Positions 1 to 12,000 of a DNA stretch of 64,000 bases are shown one piece after another; the stretch's first letter is position 1, and the number at the start of each line of letters is the position of its first letter. Origin of the DNA: Escherichia coli. GTDB taxonomy: Bacteria > Pseudomonadota > Gammaproteobacteria > Enterobacterales > Enterobacteriaceae. The stretch lies in assembly GCF_030013595.1 (NCBI RefSeq), contig NZ_CP122768.1. The stretch is one strand, 5' to 3'. The notes under the pieces are model-generated. The model ran no database searches and was not told where the DNA came from. It was given only the letters and a program-made list of their open reading frames with translations. The translations under genes were made by a program, and so were the position numbers.

Positions 1-3000
1 CCCTGCCGCTGCCCGACGTCATCAGTGTACGACACAATGGTCGGCGTCGCGGTGGGGTTAATCGTATCGACCACCACCGTTTTCGACACCACCGGGCCAG
101 TATTCCCCGCCAGATCCAGCACCCGCACCTGGTAAACGTAGCTGCCGTCGGTCAGCGTGCGGCTGTCGGTGTAAGTCCACTGCGTACCGTTGGTGGTGAG
201 GGTGATCCAGGTCGCGCCGCCATCGAGGCTAATCTGCGCCACTTCGCCGCTGGCAAGCCCCGCCCCCAGCGAACCGGTTAGGGTGAGCGTGGTGTCACTG
301 GTGATAAAGTCAGTTGCCGAACTCCCCGTGTCGGTGCTGATGCTGGCGATGGTCAACACCTGCGCCGGGTTAACGGTGTCGATCTGCGCCGACTGGCTGC
401 TGGTTGCGCCAACGTTGCCCGCAAGATCGACTACCCGCACCTGCCAGGTGGTGGTGCCGTTGGTGAGCGTACGCCCGTCAACGTAACTCCAGTTAAGGCC
501 GTCTGCGGCGACGGTCACGTTCACCCAGGTTGCGCCGTTGTCGGTACTGATTTGCGCGAATTCGTTAGCGCCGAGCGCCGCCCCCAATACGCCGCGCACG
601 GTAAGCGTGGTGTCGCTGGTAATAAAATCGCTGCTGCTGGCTCCGGTGTCATCGCTGATACCGGTAATGGTGATGCTTTTCGCCGCTTCCGGGCTGGTGG
701 TGTCGACCACCACGTTTTGCGTCGCCGTCTGCCCGACGTTCCCCGCCAGATCCACCACCCGCACCGTGTAGTTCCAGGTACCGTCGGTCAGTGTGCGACC
801 ATCGGCATAGCTCCAGCTGGTGCCGATAACGGTTAAGGTTGTCCAGGTGACACCGCCGTCGAGGCTGATTTGCGCCCGTTCATCGGCGGCAAGCGTCGCG
901 CCGAGCGTGCCGCGCACGGTCAGCGTGGTGTCGCGAGTAACGAAATCGCTGCTGCTTAACCCAGTGTCATCGCTGATGCCCGCAATGGTGATGGTTTTGC
1001 TCGCCAGCGGCGCGGTGGTGTCCACGGTGACTATCTGGCTGGCAGTCGCGCCGATATTTCCGGCGGTGTCGATCACCCGTACCTGATAGTTGTAGTTGCC
1101 ATCGGTCAGCGTCCGCCCGTCAAGATATGTCCAGGTCAAACCGCTTACCGAAAGATTCTGCCAGGTGGTGCCGCCGTCGATGCTGATTTGCGCGAACTCA
1201 CCGGCAGAAAGCGCCGCACCCAGAGAGCCGCTCACCGCAAGCGTCGTGTCGCTGGTGACAAAATCGTTAGTGATCAGGCCCGTATCAGTGGTGATCGCGC
1301 TGATGGCGATGGTTTTTACTGTTGGATCTGGCGCGATGGTGTCGATCACCACATTCTGGCTGTCAGTGGCACCGACGTTGCCCGCCGCGTCAATCACCCG
1401 CACCTGATAGAGATAGTTACCATCGGTCAGCGTGCGGCTGTCGTTATAGCGCCAGGTCGTGCCGGTAACGGTAAGCGTGGTCCAGGTTACGCCGCCGTCG
1501 ATACTGATTTGCGCCGTCTCGTTACTGGCAAGCGCGGCGGTGAGCGAGCCGTTGACCACCACCGGGCTGACGCTGGTGATAAAGTCACTGGCGCTAAGGC
1601 CAGTGTCGGCTTGCAGGGAATCGATATTAATGCCCATCGCCGGAGCGCTGAGATCGACGGTAATGGTGTGATTGCTGCTGCCGGTGTTGCCAATGGCGTT
1701 GCTCACCGAGGCGTTAATCACGTAGGCGTTACCGTCCGCCAGCGCGGTGACATCGGCGCTGCCGAGGGTGTAGCTCCAGCTACCGCCGGTCTGTACCGTG
1801 GTGGTGTAGGTTTTGCCGTTTAAGGTCAGGGTCAGCGTCTGCCCGACTGGGGCGGTGGTGGTGCCGCTGATCACCAGCGACGAGCCGTGCTCCGCTGCAT
1901 TCACCACATCATCGCCCGCAAAGGTGTTGATGGTGACGGTAGGCACATCGCCGTTCAACGTCACGCCACGGCTGGCGCTGCCGGAGTTTCCGGCCTGATC
2001 GCTGACCGTCGCGCTAATGGTGTAGCTGCCGTCGCTTAATCCGGCAAACTGCTGCGCCGGAATAAACACCGACCAGCTTCCGCCGCTGCCGACCGTGGCG
2101 GTCCAGGTTTGTCCGTTAAAGGTGACCGTCACCGTCTGGCCCACTTCAGCGGTGGTGGTGCCGCTGATGGTTTGCCCAGCGAGCTGTTCGGCGTTGTTGA
2201 TAATATCGTCACCCGCCACCGTGGCGATGGTGACCGTTGGCGCAACGGTATCGACGGTCAGGGCGTGCGTGGTTTGACCGGGGTTACCGGCGCGATCGTT
2301 CACGCTGGCGGTAATGGTCTGTGCGCCCTGCCCGAGCGCGGCCAGATCTGCCGCAGGCACGTTCAGCGCCCAGGTGCCATTGGCGGCCACCGTGGCGGTA
2401 TAAGTTTTGCCGCCAAAGGTGACGGTTACCGTCTGCCCTACTTCCGCGCTGGTCGAGCCGTTAAGGGTTAACGGCTGCTGCTGTTCGGCGGCGTTGAGAC
2501 GATCGTCCGTCGAAACGGTGTTAATGCTGATAATCGGCGCGGTGAGATCCACCGCCACACTGCGCGAAGCCGTGGCGCTGTTTCCGGCGCTGTCCTGGGC
2601 GGAAGCGCTGACCGTGTAGCTGGTGCCATCGGCAAGCGCCGCAACGTCTGCCGCCGGCACGTTCACGCTCCAGCTCCCGTTGCTCTGAATGGTAGCGCTG
2701 TAGCCTTTGCCGTTAAGCAACACGGTCACTACTGTACCTGCGGCAAAGTTCGTTCCGGTGCCGCTCAGGGTCAGCGCACTGCCTGCTTCGGCGGCGTTAA
2801 TAAGGTTATCGCCGCTGATGGTGCTGACCGAGAGCGACACTGCCGCCGTGTTCACCTGCACGTTGTGCGTCTGCGTGCTGCTGTTGCCTGCGCTATCGGT
2901 GACAGTGGCGCTGATAGTCACTGTGCCGTCCGCAAGGCCGGAAATCACGCTGGCAGGCACGCCAACGCTCCAGTTGCCGCTGGCATCGGTGCTGGTGACA

Positions 3001-6000
3001 TACTGCTGCCCGGCGATGGTCACCACCAGGCGGTCGCCCGCCACCGCGCCCGAGGCGGTGCCGCTGATAATCTGCGCCTGAGTGTGTTCAACGTTGTTAA
3101 TCACATCGTCGCCCGCCACGGTGTTAAAGCTGATGACGGGCGCGGTGGTATCGACGGTCACACCTTTGCTGGCGCTGCCAGGGTTACCCGCCAAATCGCT
3201 GACCGTGGCGGTCAGGGTGTAGCCGTTATTGGCAAGTGCGGTTAAGTCGCTGGCGGGCAGCGTTAAACTCCAGCTGCCGTCTGCCTGCACCGTGGTCTGG
3301 TAGTTAGTGCCATTAAGCGTGACGGTCAGCGTCTGCCCTGCCTCCGCCGTGCTGGTGCCGGATACCGTCACGCCCGCCGCCGCTTCGCTGGCGTTGATGA
3401 TGTTATCACTGGCAATGGTGTTGATGGTCACCGTTGGCGCGGCGCTATCGACGCTGTATTCATGCGTTGCCGTGGCGCTGTTGCCGTTGACGTTAGTCAC
3501 CCGCACCTGGGCGCTGGCATCGCCGTCACGCAGGGCCGCCATATCCGCCGCCGGAACGGTGGTGCTCCAGCTACCGTTTGCCGCCACCGTGGTGGTGTAG
3601 GTTTTACCGCCAAAAGTAATGGTAACGGCTTGCCCCGCTTCGACGCCGGACGTGCTGCCGGAGAGCGTTAATGCCGCGCCTTTTTCGGCGGCGTTAATCA
3701 CATCATCGCTGGTGATGCTGTTTATGCTGACGGCGACGGTGGTGAGATCAACTGTCAGCGGATGGGTAATGCTGGTTTGCGTTCCGGCACTGTTCGCGCC
3801 GCTAACGGTAATGTTCAGCGTTCCCGCAGGCCAGTTGCTGACATCCGCCGCCGGAACGCCGACGCTCCAGCTGCCGTTTGCCAGCACCGTGGCGGCGTAA
3901 GTTTGGTTATTAATCACCACCGTCAACGCCGTACCTGCGGCAAAACCGGAACTGCTGCCAGTAATCACCTGCGCCTGGGCGTGTTCGATAATATTCACCA
4001 CATCATCGCCCGCGACGGTATCCACCCGCAGGCCGGGTAGACTGGCATCGATGGTGATATCGCGCGTGCCGCTACCGGTGTTGCCAACGGCGTTGGTCAC
4101 CGAGGCATTAACCGTTAACTCACCGTTACCCAGCGCCTGCCAGTCGGCGGCAGGTACGCTCACACTCCAGCTTAAATCAGCCTGCACGGTGGCGGTGTAA
4201 GTTTTACCGCCCAGTTCAACGGTGACGGTGCTGCCCGCCGCCGCACCGGTTACCTGGCCGCTGATGGTTTGTGCGCTGCCCGCCTCGGAAGCGTTGATAA
4301 TATCGTCCGTCGCCACCGGATTAATGGTGACGCCCGGCAGCGCGGTATTGACCTGCACGTTATGGCTGGCGGTACTGCTGTTGCCCTGAGCGTTGGTAAC
4401 GCTCGCCGTGACGCTATATGTGGCTTCGCCCAGCGCACTGACCGCCGAGGCAGGAACGGTGACGCTCCAGTTGCCAGAGGAGTCGGTGGTGGCGCTGTAG
4501 TTTTGTCCGTTCAGCGTAACGGTGATCGCCGTGCCCGCAGGCTGATCGCTGGTGCCGGAAAGCGCCAGATCGGATCCTTTTTCCATCGCGTTGATCACAT
4601 CATCGCCCGCGATGGTGTTGATGCTAATCACTGGCGCGCTGAGGCTGACGGTCACGGTGCGGCTGGCGTCATCGCTGTTACCCGCCCGATCGCTGACGCT
4701 GGCGGTGATGGTCTGTGCGCCGCTACCCAGTGCCGTAACATCCGCCGCCGGAACGCCAACGCTCCAGTTGCCGGAGGCATCCAGGGTGGTGGTGTAGGTT
4801 TTGCCGTTGAGCACAACGCTCACCACATCGCCCGCTTCCCCGCCCGTGCTGGTGCCGGAAATCACCAGCGCCTGCGCATGTTCGGCATCGTTGATAATGT
4901 CATCGCCCGCCACAGTGTTAATGGTGAGAACCGGCGCGGTGGTGTCTACCGCCAGATTATGGCTGGCGCTGCCGGGGTTGCCCGCTTTGTCGTTGGCCGT
5001 GGCGCTGACGGTGTAATTGCTTGCGGTCAGCGCGCCTAAGGCTGAAGGGGGAACGCTGACGCTCCAGCTACCGTCCGCCTGCACAGTGCCGGTGTAGGTT
5101 GCACCGTTAAGGGTGACGGTCACCGTCTGCCCGGTTTCGGCGGTGCTGGTGCCGCTGATGGTGAGCGGGCTTCCCGCCTCCGTGGCGTTAAGAATATCGT
5201 CGCTGGCAATGGTGTTAATGGTGAGCGTCGGTGCGCTGGCGTCAACGCTATACGCATGGGTCGCCGAGGCACTGTTACCGCTCGCGCTGCTGACACTGGC
5301 CTGCACGTTCGCCGCGCCGTCTGGCAGAGTTGCCAGATCTGCCGCTGGAACGTTCACACTCCAGCTACCGTTGGCGGCGACGCTTGCAGTGTAGGTTTTA
5401 CCGCCAAAAGTGACGGTAACGGTTTGCCCGCTTTCAATCCCGCTGGTACTGCCGGAAAGGGTCAGGTCGGTGCCTTTTTCGGCGGCGTTAATTACGTCGT
5501 CGCTGGCAACGGTGTTGATGCTGATTGCCACCGCCGTTAAATCGACGGTGAACGGATGGCTGACGCTGACTGGGTTATCGGCGCTGCTTTGCCCGGCTAC
5601 CTCAACGGTTAACGGCCCCGCAGGCCATGCACTAACGCTTGCCGCCGGAATGCCGACGCTCCAGCTCCCGTCTGCCTGTACCGTGGTGGAATAAGCCACA
5701 CTGTTGATGGTAACTGTCAGCACAGCACCTGCATTCAGGCCGCTACTGCCGCCGGTGATCACCAGCGCCTGCCCGTGTTCAATGCTGTTGACGATATCAT
5801 CGCCCGCTACCGTATCCACCCGCAGCCCCGGCAGGTTGGCATCAATGGTGATATCCCGCGTGCCGCTGCCCGTATTGCCATTAGCGTTGGTGACCGAGGC
5901 GGTAATGGTCAAATCACCATTGCCCAACGCCTGGAGATCGACTGTCGAAACGGTGACGCTCCAGCTTAAATTGCTCAGTACCGTAGCGGTGTAAGTGTTG

Positions 6001-9000
6001 CCGCCCAGCGTGACGGTGACCGTATCGCCAGCGGCGGCGCGGGTCACCACCCCGCTGATGGTTTGATCGGCCCCCGCTTCAGCCGCATTAATAATATCGT
6101 CGCCCGCCACGGTGTTAATGGTGACACCCGGCAGGCCGCTGTCGACCAGTAAATTCGCCTGGCTGCTGGTGGTGTTGCCTGCCGCACTGGTGGCGCTGGC
6201 GCTGACGATATAGTTGGCCTGGCCTAAAGCCGCCAGATCGCTCACCGGCACGGTTAACGTCCAGTTGCCCGCCGCGTCGGTGGTAGCGCTGTAGTTATGA
6301 CCGTTGAGTGTGACGGTAACCTGTGCGCCGGTCGCCAACCCCGTACTGCTACCGCTAATGGTCAACGGCTGGCCTTTTTCATCGGCGTTCAGGACGTTAT
6401 CGCCGCTGATGGCGTTAAAGATAATGGTCGGCAGCCCGGTATTGACCGTCACCTGATGGGTGGCGCTGCCGCTGTTTCCTCCGGCATCAGTGACGCTGGC
6501 GTTAATGGTCACCGTGCCGTTCGCCAGTACCGAGACAACGCTTGCCGGAACACCGACGCTCCAGTTGCCGCTGGCATCCAGCACGGTGGTGAAGGTATTT
6601 GTGCCGATAGTCACCGTCACGGTGCTACCGGTTGTAGCACCCGTGGCGGAACCGCTGATAATCTGCGCCTGGGCGTGTTCCGTCGCGTTGATCACATCAT
6701 CGCCTGCCACCGTGTTGATGGTGACGACCGGAACGGAAGTATCCACCGTCAGGTTGTGATTAACCGAGGCCGGGTTTCCGGCTTTGTCGCTCACCGCCGC
6801 GCTAACGGTGTAGTTGCTGGCGGTCAGGGCGCTTACGTCGGCTGGCGGTACGCTGACGCTCCAGCTACCGTCCGTCTGTACGGTGCCGGTATAGTTTGCG
6901 CCATTGAGCGTGACGGTCACCGTCTGCCCCGCTTCCGCCGTGCTGCTGCCAGTGATGGTCAGCGCAGCTCCGGCTTCGGCGGCGTTAAGAATGTCGTTGC
7001 CCGCAATGGTGTTAATGGTCACCGTTGGCGCGGTAGCATCGACGCTGTAAGCGTGGGTAGTGGTGGCGCTGTTGCCGTTAACATTGCTGACGTTGGCCTG
7101 CGCGCTGGCATCGCCATCACGCAGGGCCGCCATATCTGCCGCCGGAACCGAGGTGCTCCAGGAACCATTCGCCACGACGCTTGCAGTGTAGGTTTTGCCG
7201 CCAAAGGTCACGGTGACCGTTTGTCCGGCCTCCATACCAGAAGTGCTGCCGGAGAGCGTTAACGCCGCGCCTTTTTCGGCAGCGTTAATCACGTCATCGG
7301 CAGTAATGGCGTTGATGCTGACCGCTACCGCAGTGAGATCGACAGTCACCGGATGCGTAACGCTCACCGGGTTTCCGGCGGTGGTGTTGCCGCTCGCCGT
7401 AATTGTGACCGTCCCCGCAGGCCAGGCGCTGACATCTGCCGCCGGAACGCCGACGCTCCATGAGCCATCCGCCAGTACCGCCGCAACATAGGTTTGCCCG
7501 TTAATGGTCAGCGTGACGTTGCTGCCCGCTGCCAGATCAGAGCTGCTGCCGGTAATCACCAGCGCCTGTCCGTGCTCGATGATATTGACCACATCATCGC
7601 CCGCCACGGTATCGACCCGCAGACCGGGCAGATTCGCGTCGATGGTGATTTCACGCGTGCCGTTGCCGGTATTGCCTACGCTGTTCGTTACCGAAGCCGA
7701 AATGGTCAGCTCACCGTTGCCCAACGCCTGTAGCGCGGAGGCCGGAACATTAATACTCCAGCTTAAATTCGCCTGCACCGTGGCAGTGTACGTCGCCCCG
7801 CCGAGCGTGACGGTTACCGTGTCGCCCGCTGCCGCGCCCGTCACCTGCCCGCTGATGCTCTGGCCCGCGCCCGCTTCGGCAGCGTTAATAATATCGTCGC
7901 TCGCGACAACGTTAATGGTGACGCCCGGCAGCGCGGTATTAACCTGCACGTTATGGCTGGCGGAACCGCTGTTGCCATCAGAGTCAGTAGCGGCGGCGGT
8001 CACCGTGTAAGTGGCTTCACCGAGGGCGCTCACCCGTGACGCCGGAACGGTCACGCTCCAGTTACCGGATGCATCGGCAGTGGTGGTGTAATTTTGCCCG
8101 TTGAGCGTAACGGTTATCTGCGTACCCGCAGGCTGGTTACTGCTGCCGGAAATCGCCAGATCCGCGCCTTTCTCCGTGGCATTAATGATGTCGTCGACGG
8201 CAATGGTGTTAATGCCGAGTATCGGCGCGCCGAGCGCCACGGTGACAGTGTGCGAGGCCGTGCCGCTGTTGCCTGCGGAGCCGGTAACCGTGGCGGTAAT
8301 GGTGACATCGCCCTGCGCCAGTGCGGAAATCACGCTGGCAGGCACGCCGATGCTCCAGTTGCCGTTGGCGTCCAGCACGGTGGTGTAGGTGGTCGTGCCA
8401 ATCGTCACGGAAACCGTGTTACCCGTAGTCGCGCCCGTTGCTAAGCCGCTGATAATCTGCGCCTGTCCGTGTTCCGTGGAGTTAATGATGTCATCGCCCG
8501 CTACCGTGTTGATGGTAACGACCGGCGCAACGAGATCCACCGTCAGGTTATGCGTCGCCGAAGCCGGATTTCCGGCTTTGTCGCTGACCGCCGCGCTCAC
8601 CGTATAGGGGCTGACGGTAAGGTTGGCTAAATCGCCAGTTGGTACGCTGACGCTCCAGCTCCCGTCTGCCTGCACGTTGCCGCTGTAATTGACGCCGTTT
8701 AGCGTCACGGTCACCGTCTGCCCGGCTTCCGCCGTGCTGGTACCGCTGATGGTCAGCGCCGATCCCGCTTCGGCGGCGTTAAGAATATCGTCGCTGGCGA
8801 TGGTGTTGATGGTAACGGATGGCGCGGTGGCATCGACGCTGTAAGCATGCGTTGCCTGGGCGTTGTTACCCGCGACGCTACTGACACTGGCCTGGACGTT
8901 TGCTGTGCCGTCCGGCAAGGTTGCGAGATCGACGGCTGGGATCGTTAGCCCCCAGGTATTATCCGCGGCAACCGTGGTGGTGTAACTTTTACCACCGAAG

Positions 9001-12000
9001 ATAACGGTGATGGTCTGCCCCGCTTCCACGCCGGAGGTGGTGCCGGAGAGCTGCAAATCGCTGCCTTTTTCGGCGGCGTTAATCACATCGTCAGTGGAAA
9101 GGGTGTTAATGGTAATCGCCACGGCCGCGAGATCGACCGTGACCGGATGGCTAATGCTGGTTGTGGTTCCGGCGGTATTCGTGCCAGAGACGGCAATATT
9201 GACCGTCCCCGCAGGCCAGTTTGTGACATCTGCCGCCGGAACGCCGACGCTCCAGCTGCCATCGGCGAGTACCGTTGCGCCGTAGGTGACGCTATTGATA
9301 ACCACCGTCAACGCCGCCCCCGCCGCCAGTCCGGTACTGCTACCGGTGACCACCAGAGCCTGACCATGCTCGATAATATTGACCACATCATCGCCTGCTA
9401 CGGTATCGACGCGCAGACCAGGCAGGTTGGCGTCTATCACGATGTCGTGCGTTGCGGTGCCGGTATTCCCCACGCCATTAGTCACCGAGGCGCTGATGGT
9501 CAGTTCACCGTTGCCCAGCGCCTGCAAAACGTTCGCAGGCACGCTGACGCTCCAGCTTAAATCTGGCTGCACGGTGGCGGTGTATTGATTGCCACCAATG
9601 GTGACAATTACCGTATTCCCCGCAGCCGCCGTTCCCGTGACCTGCCCGCTGATGGTCTGCGCCACAGCGATTTCAGCGGCATTGATAATGTCATCGCCCG
9701 CCACCGTATTAATGGTCACCCCAGGCAGGAGCGATTCGACATTCACCGTATGGGTGGTGCTGCCGCTGTTGCCCGCGCTGTCGGTGGCGCTGGCGCTAAT
9801 CGAATAGACCGCCTCGCCCAGCGCGCCGACCGCCGAAGCGGGCACGGTAACGCTCCAGTTGCCGGAACTGTCGGTGGTGGCGCTGTACGCCAGGCCGTTC
9901 AACATCACGGTGACCGTGGTGCCAGTCGCCAGACCGCTGGAGCCGCCGCTGATGGTCAGATCCTGGGTTTTCTCCGTACTGTTAATAATGTCATCGTCGG
10001 AGACGGTATTGATGGTCAGCGTCGGGCCGCTGAGATCAACGGTCACATTATGGGTAGTGCTGTCGCTGTTGCCCGCGCGATCGCTCAGGCTGGCGGTGAT
10101 CGTCTGGCTACCGGTCGCCAGCGCCGTGACATCCGCCGCCGGAATGCCCACAGTCCAGTTACCGGAGGCGTCCAGCGTGGTGGTGTAGTTTTTACCGTTC
10201 AGCGTGACGATTACCACATCGCCCGCCGCCGCGCCCGTGCTGGTGCCGCTGACCACCAGCGCCTGACCATGTTCGATGGCGTTGATAATGTCATCGCCCG
10301 CGACGGTATTAATGGTGAGATCCGGCGCGGTGACATCCACCGCCAGCGCGTGGTCGGCGCTTGCCGAGTTACCCGCTTTGTCGCTCACCGTGGCGGTCAC
10401 GGTGTAACTGCTGGCGGTTAATCCGCTTAAATCCGTTGCCGGAACGTTCACGCTCCAGGTGCCATCCGCGAGAACAGTGGTCTGGTACGTGTTGTTATTG
10501 AGCGTGACGGTCAGCGTCTGTCCGGCCTGTGCCGTGGTGGTACCGCTGATGGTTATCCCCGCGCCCGCTTCGCTCACGTTAAGGATATCGTCGCTGGCGA
10601 TAGTGTTGATGGTCACAAGCGGCGCGGTGGCATCAACGCTGTACGCGCGATCGGCCTGGGCGTTGTTGCCGTTAATATTGCTCACGCTCGCCTGCACGTT
10701 GCCCGCGCCGTCCGGTAGCGCAGCGAGATCGGCAGGCGGCACATTCACCGTCCAGCTACCGTTGGCTTCAACGGTGGTGGTGTAATTTTTGCCACCAAAG
10801 GTGACCGTCACCGTCTGCCCGGCTTCGACACCGCTGGTGCTGCCGCTCACCACCAGCGTTTCGCCTTTCTCCACGGCGTTGATCACATCATCGACGGAAA
10901 GGGTGTTAATGGTGATGGCAACCGCCGCCAGATCGACGGTAACCGGATGGGTAATAGTGGAGGTTGTCCCGGCGCTGTTGGTGCCGCTTACGGTTATATC
11001 GACCGTACCCGCTGGCCAGTTGCTGACGTCTGCCGCCGGAACGCCGAGGTTCCATGTGCCGTCGGCTAACACCGTCGCGGCGTAAGTAACGTTGTTAATC
11101 TCGACCGTTAACGCCGTTCCCGCCGTTAATCCGCTGCTGCTCCCGGTGCTCACCAGCGCCTGATTGTGCTCAATGCTGTTAATAACATCATCGCCCGCCA
11201 CGGTATCGACCCGCAGCCCAGGCAGATTGGCGTCGATCGTGATATCGCGCGAGCCGTTGCCGGTATTGCCCACGCCGTTGGTGACCGAGGCATTAACCGT
11301 CAGGTCGCCGTTGCCCAGCGCCTGAATATCCGCCGCCGGCACGCTAACGCTCCAGCTTAAATTGGCCTGCACTGTGGCGGTGTAGGTGTTGCCGCCCAGC
11401 GTGATGGTAACGGTATCTCCCGCCGCGGCCCCCGTCACCTGCCCGCTGATGGTCTGGGCATTTCCCGACTCGGCATCGTTAATAATATCGTCGGTCGCCA
11501 CCGCGTTAATGGTGACGGCAGGCAGCGCGCTGTTGACCAGCACATTATGGCTGGCGGAATTGCTGTTGCCTGCGCTATCGGTGACGTTCGCCGTCACCGT
11601 GTAACTGGCTTCGCCCAGCGCACCGACAGCGGAGGCTGGCACCGTGGCACTCCAGTTGCCGGAAGCATCTGTGGTGGCGGTGTAATTTTGCCCGTTCAGC
11701 GTCACCGTAATGGTGGTGCCTGCGGGTTGATTACTGGTACCGGTAATTTGCAGATCCGCGCCTTTTTCCGTGGCGTTAATCACGTCATCGCTGGCGATAG
11801 TGTTGATGCCAATGGTTGGCGCGGTCAGATTCACGGTGACCGTGCGGCTGGCATCATCGCTGTTGCCTGCCGCGTCGGTAATGGTAGCTGTGATGGTTTG
11901 CGGGCCGCTGCCCAGCGCAGTGACATCTGACAGCGGAACGCCGACGCTCCAGTTGCCGGAAGCATCCAGCGTGGTGGTGTAGGTTTTACTGTTTAGCGTG